Of a stretch of DNA of 63,390 nt, positions 60,647-63,390 are shown one piece after another (positions within the stretch are counted from its first letter, which is position 1; every line of letters begins with the position of its first letter). Source of the stretch: an uncultured Clostridium sp. (GTDB taxonomy: Bacteria; Bacillota_I; Bacilli_A; RF39; UBA660). The stretch lies in the NCBI GenBank assembly GCA_964545285.1, contig CAZJEW010000001.1, forward strand, positions 1-63,390. The letters are read 5' to 3'. The notes beneath the pieces are model-generated. The model saw nothing but the letters and a program-made list of their open reading frames with translations, was not told the DNA's origin and ran no database searches. Made by a program: the position numbers and the translations under genes.

Positions 60647-62449
60647 ATGGAGAAAATAATTAATTTTGCTGTGGTTGCGCATGTTGATGCTGGTAAGAGC
60701 ACTTTAGTTGATGCACTACTTAAACAAAACGGTGTGTTTAGAGAGAATGAACAAGTAGTAGATTGTGTAATGGATTCTAATGATATTGAAAGAGAAAGAG
60801 GAATAACTATAACTGCTAAAAACTGTGCTATCAGATATAAAGATATAAAAATGAATATTGTTGATACTCCGGGACATGCAGATTTTTCTAGTGAAATTGA
60901 AAGAGTTATTAAAACTGTTGATACAGTTGTGTTACTAGTAGATTCTGCTGAGGGACCTATGCCACAAACAAGATTTGTACTAAAAGAAGCATTAAAATTC
61001 GGATTAAAACCAATATTATTTATAAACAAAATAGATAAAAAAGATGCAAGGGCCGATGAAGTTGTTAATATGACATTTGATTTATTTTGTGAATTAGGCG
61101 CAACTGATGAACAGTTGGATTTTAAAATAATATATGGAATTGCAAAAGAAGGAATTACTAGATATGAACTAGATGATACAAATAACGATATTACCCCTTT
61201 ATTGGATACTATTATTGAAACTACTAAGCCATTTGAAGGAAATGAAAATGACCCATTACAATTGCAAATTTCTTCATTAGATTACGACGATTATATTGGC
61301 AGATTGGGTATAGGAAGAATTAACAAAGGAAAAATTAAAGTAAGCGAAATGGTTGCTATTTCTAAAAATGATGGGACTTTAACAAAAGAAAGAGTAACTA
61401 AACTATTTGTTAATGAAGGTATTAAGAAAAGGGAAGTAAACGAAGCGTATTATGGTGATATAGTTACTATAGCTGGATGTCCTGAAATATCAATCGGAGA
61501 CACAATATGTGATATAAATAATATAAATCCTTTGCCAAAAATAGAAATAGAGAAGCCAACATTGTCAATGAACTTTTTAGTAAATTCATCACCTTTTGCT
61601 GGAAAATCAGGAAAATTTGTAACATCAAGACACATAAGGGATAGATTATTTGCTGAATTAGAAAGAAATGTCGGACTAGAAGTTGAAGAATTACCTAATC
61701 AAGAAGGATTTAAAGTATCTGGAAGAGGAGAACTACATTTATCCATTTTAATTGAAAATATGAGAAGAGAAGGTTATGAACTTAGTGTTTCAAAACCAGA
61801 AGTTATTTTTAAAGAAATAGATGGAATTAAATGTGAACCATTTGAAAAAGTAATTGTTTCCGTTCCAAATGAATATTCAGGAACTGTAATATCAGATATA
61901 AGCGAAAGAAAAGGTACTATGACTTTAATGACACCTGATGAAGAAAATCATGTTAGATTAGAATTTTCAGTTCCAACAAGAGGCTTAATAGGATACAGAA
62001 GTCAATTTATTACTAATACAAAAGGCGAAGGTATTATGGTAAGAAGCTTAGATGAATATAAACCATATGTTGGTGAAATAAGCGGAAGAAAAAATGGCGT
62101 TTTAGTTTCAATGGATGAGGGACAAGCATTTGGCTATGCTCTTTATAATTTGCAAGATAGAGGACAAATGATAATAGACCCAGCTACTAATATATATAGA
62201 GGAATGATTATTGGTGTTAATAATAAAGAAAATGATTTAGATGTTAATCCTTGTAAAAACAAAGAATTTAGTAATACTCGTTCTAAGAGTAGTGATGAAG
62301 CAATTACATTAATTAAACCAAGAAAGTTTAGTTTAGAAGAAGCACTAGAATTCATAGAAAAAGATGAACTTGTAGAAGTAACACCAACTGATATAAGATT
62401 AAGAAAAAAAATATTAGATCAAAAAGAAAGATTTAGAAATAATAGATAA
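60647..62449 (+). CDS. typA: translational GTPase TypA/BipA
   Basis: G1 AHVDAGKST, G3 DTPGHADF, G4 NKIDK; EF-G-like domains. Start at MEKIINF, because the GGGG RBS abuts the earlier ATG. Confidence 0.95.
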   Translation: MEKIINFAVVAHVDAGKSTLVDALLKQNGVFRENEQVVDCVMDSNDIERERGITITAKNCAIRYKDIKMNIVDTPGHADFSSEIERVIKTVDTVVLLVDSAEGPMPQTRFVLKEALKFGLKPILFINKIDKKDARADEVVNMTFDLFCELGATDEQLDFKIIYGIAKEGITRYELDDTNNDITPLLDTIIETTKPFEGNENDPLQLQISSLDYDDYIGRLGIGRINKGKIKVSEMVAISKNDGTLTKERVTKLFVNEGIKKREVNEAYYGDIVTIAGCPEISIGDTICDINNINPLPKIEIEKPTLSMNFLVNSSPFAGKSGKFVTSRHIRDRLFAELERNVGLEVEELPNQEGFKVSGRGELHLSILIENMRREGYELSVSKPEVIFKEIDGIKCEPFEKVIVSVPNEYSGTVISDISERKGTMTLMTPDEENHVRLEFSVPTRGLIGYRSQFITNTKGEGIMVRSLDEYKPYVGEISGRKNGVLVSMDEGQAFGYALYNLQDRGQMIIDPATNIYRGMIIGVNNKENDLDVNPCKNKEFSNTRSKSSDEAITLIKPRKFSLEEALEFIEKDELVEVTPTDIRLRKKILDQKERFRNNR

Positions 62450-62476
62450 AAAAAACAGATTAATTATCTGTTTTTA
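62449..62476. terminator. bidirectional terminator between typA and a convergent membrane protein gene
   Basis: AAAAACAGAT-TAATT-ATCTGTTTTT hairpin flanked by A-run and T-run. Confidence 0.65.
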
Positions 62477-62988
62477 ATTTGTATTAAACTTAAAAATTTA
62501 CCAACGACATATACGATTTCATCACTGTTTTTAATAGCATATTTTTTTCCTATGGCTTTTCCTCCAACAGTTAGTGAACTAATTAATGAACTTAATAATA
62601 AAGTGCTAATGATAATAGATATATTACTAATGCTGCTTATGTAAATTCCTAACATAGCGCCAATAGAACCACTAACTATTCCACATATATCACCAATAAC
62701 ATCATTACATATACTTGATATTCTATTAGAATTCTTTATTAAATGTATACATTCTTTAGAACCCTTTATTTTTTTAGCACTTTTAGCATGAAAAGATGCC
62801 TCATTAGCAGTTAATACAGCAGTACCTATTATATCAAATAATATTCCTAATAAAATAAATACTAATGCTAGTATTATTAGTGCAATATAATTACAATTAT
62901 TTATAATCATATTAGATACAAAATTAAATATTAATGCTATAAAAAAAGTCATTAAAAATGCCTTTATTATCCAATTATCTTTTTTCAT
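62464..62988 (-). CDS. hypothetical membrane protein (weak resemblance to DUF21/CNNM transmembrane domain)
   Basis: About 4 TM helices. LTANEASFHAKSAKKIKGSKECIHLIKNSNRISS is loosely reminiscent of the DUF21 loop. RBS GGAG. Confidence 0.45.
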   Translation of the reverse strand: MKKDNWIIKAFLMTFFIALIFNFVSNMIINNCNYIALIILALVFILLGILFDIIGTAVLTANEASFHAKSAKKIKGSKECIHLIKNSNRISSICNDVIGDICGIVSGSIGAMLGIYISSISNISIIISTLLLSSLISSLTVGGKAIGKKYAIKNSDEIVYVVGKFLSLIQIKNR

Positions 62989-63029
62989 TTAAACTCCATA
63001 AGGTTTATTGTATGGAATATTATAAATTA

Positions 63030-63390
63030 ATTTTACGGCTTTGGTCGAGTTGAATTTCTCTAATATCTTACCCTTTGTTACCTTTAGGCGATTTCTCTTT
63101 AAAAATATTAACCATGAGTTACCTATATGATCACTCGATCACCACTTAGTCCGCACTTCAATCTTTATAATAATTACATTCTAGAGGTTTTCCCAGACAT
63201 TTAATTCTACTGTTATTCGCTTTTGCAATTTGTTTTTCAAGTTATATCCCAACAAATCACTCACGACATATGCTTTGTATTCATCGATGCGATAGAAGGA
63301 AGTAAATATATGCCATTATATTATATCCTTAAACCTAAAATTATATACTCACCCCAATCTGGGCGAAAGAAGCAAAATATATAAAGTATC
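63030..63390. other. ORF-free, GC-enriched non-coding segment (candidate structured RNA or decayed element), truncated by the window end
   Basis: No ORF of 60 aa or more on either strand. I counted about 36% GC over 63031-63160, well above other spacers here. There is a local hairpin TGATC-ACTC-GATCA at 63128-63141. Confidence 0.4.

Noticed and set aside
63030-63390. tmRNA, RNase P RNA, T-box, TPP, M-box, Mn2+ (yybP) or group II intron identity for the edge segment
   Set aside because: The segment has no GGGG...UUCGAC 5' end or T-arm/CCA, no GAGGAAAGUCC or ACAGAA..GGCUUA, no GGUGGUACCGCG, no CUGAGA...ACCUGAUCUGGAUAAUGCCAGCG, and no domain V consensus on either strand.

Overview
This window is the replication-origin region of a very AT-rich chromosome from an endospore-forming Firmicute. 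An RNA polymerase delta subunit gene (rpoE), sporulation genes and an [FeFe] hydrogenase together suggest an Erysipelotrichia-like or Bacilli-related lineage; that placement is inference only. Standard code 11 fits, and several ORFs end in TGA. dnaA (33156-34571, minus) and a 280-bp spacer at 34572-34851 carrying repeated TTATTAACA/TGTTAATAA 9-mers mark oriC. Almost every gene to the left is on the minus strand: dnaN, a ComK-like gene, recF, gyrB, gyrA, SRP RNA, tadA, dnaX, ybaB, recR, holB, ricT, rsmI, pth, mfd, spoVT, tatD, rsmA, yabG, veg, spoVG, yabP, yabQ, divIC, tilS, ftsH, tsaB, rimI and tsaD. Almost every gene to the right is on the plus strand: rpmH, rnpA, yidC, jag, mnmE, mnmG, rsmG, parB, rpoE, prfA, prmC, spoIIR, murA, rpmE, a two-component system, a rubredoxin-fused [FeFe] hydrogenase, rubrerythrin and typA. 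Most of the window is conserved housekeeping sequence. The non-routine observations are listed here.
1. An apparently perfect 1,002-bp tandem duplication (10309-12312) gives two veg genes and a truncated yabG.
2. Two kinds of perfect palindrome alternate in the gyrA-ffs spacer.
3. A ComK-family gene sits in the dnaN-recF slot.
4. A 485-aa ORFan lies between the DnaA-box cluster and rpmH.
5. A 620-bp spacer has a roughly 92% AT core (G/C counted by eye over 56341-56580), a consensus-like promoter and no obvious product.
6. A small accessory islet (about 56.2-60.6 kb) holds a Fic protein with a degenerate inhibitory motif, three paralogous XRE regulators and unknown ORFs.
7. A GC-enriched ORF-free stretch at the right edge (63030-63390) may be a structured RNA or a decayed element.
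I found no CRISPR array, rRNA, tRNA, transposase or integrase. I could not convincingly identify a new multi-gene system. The Fic/XRE islet and the orphan promoter locus are the best candidates, and both remain speculative.
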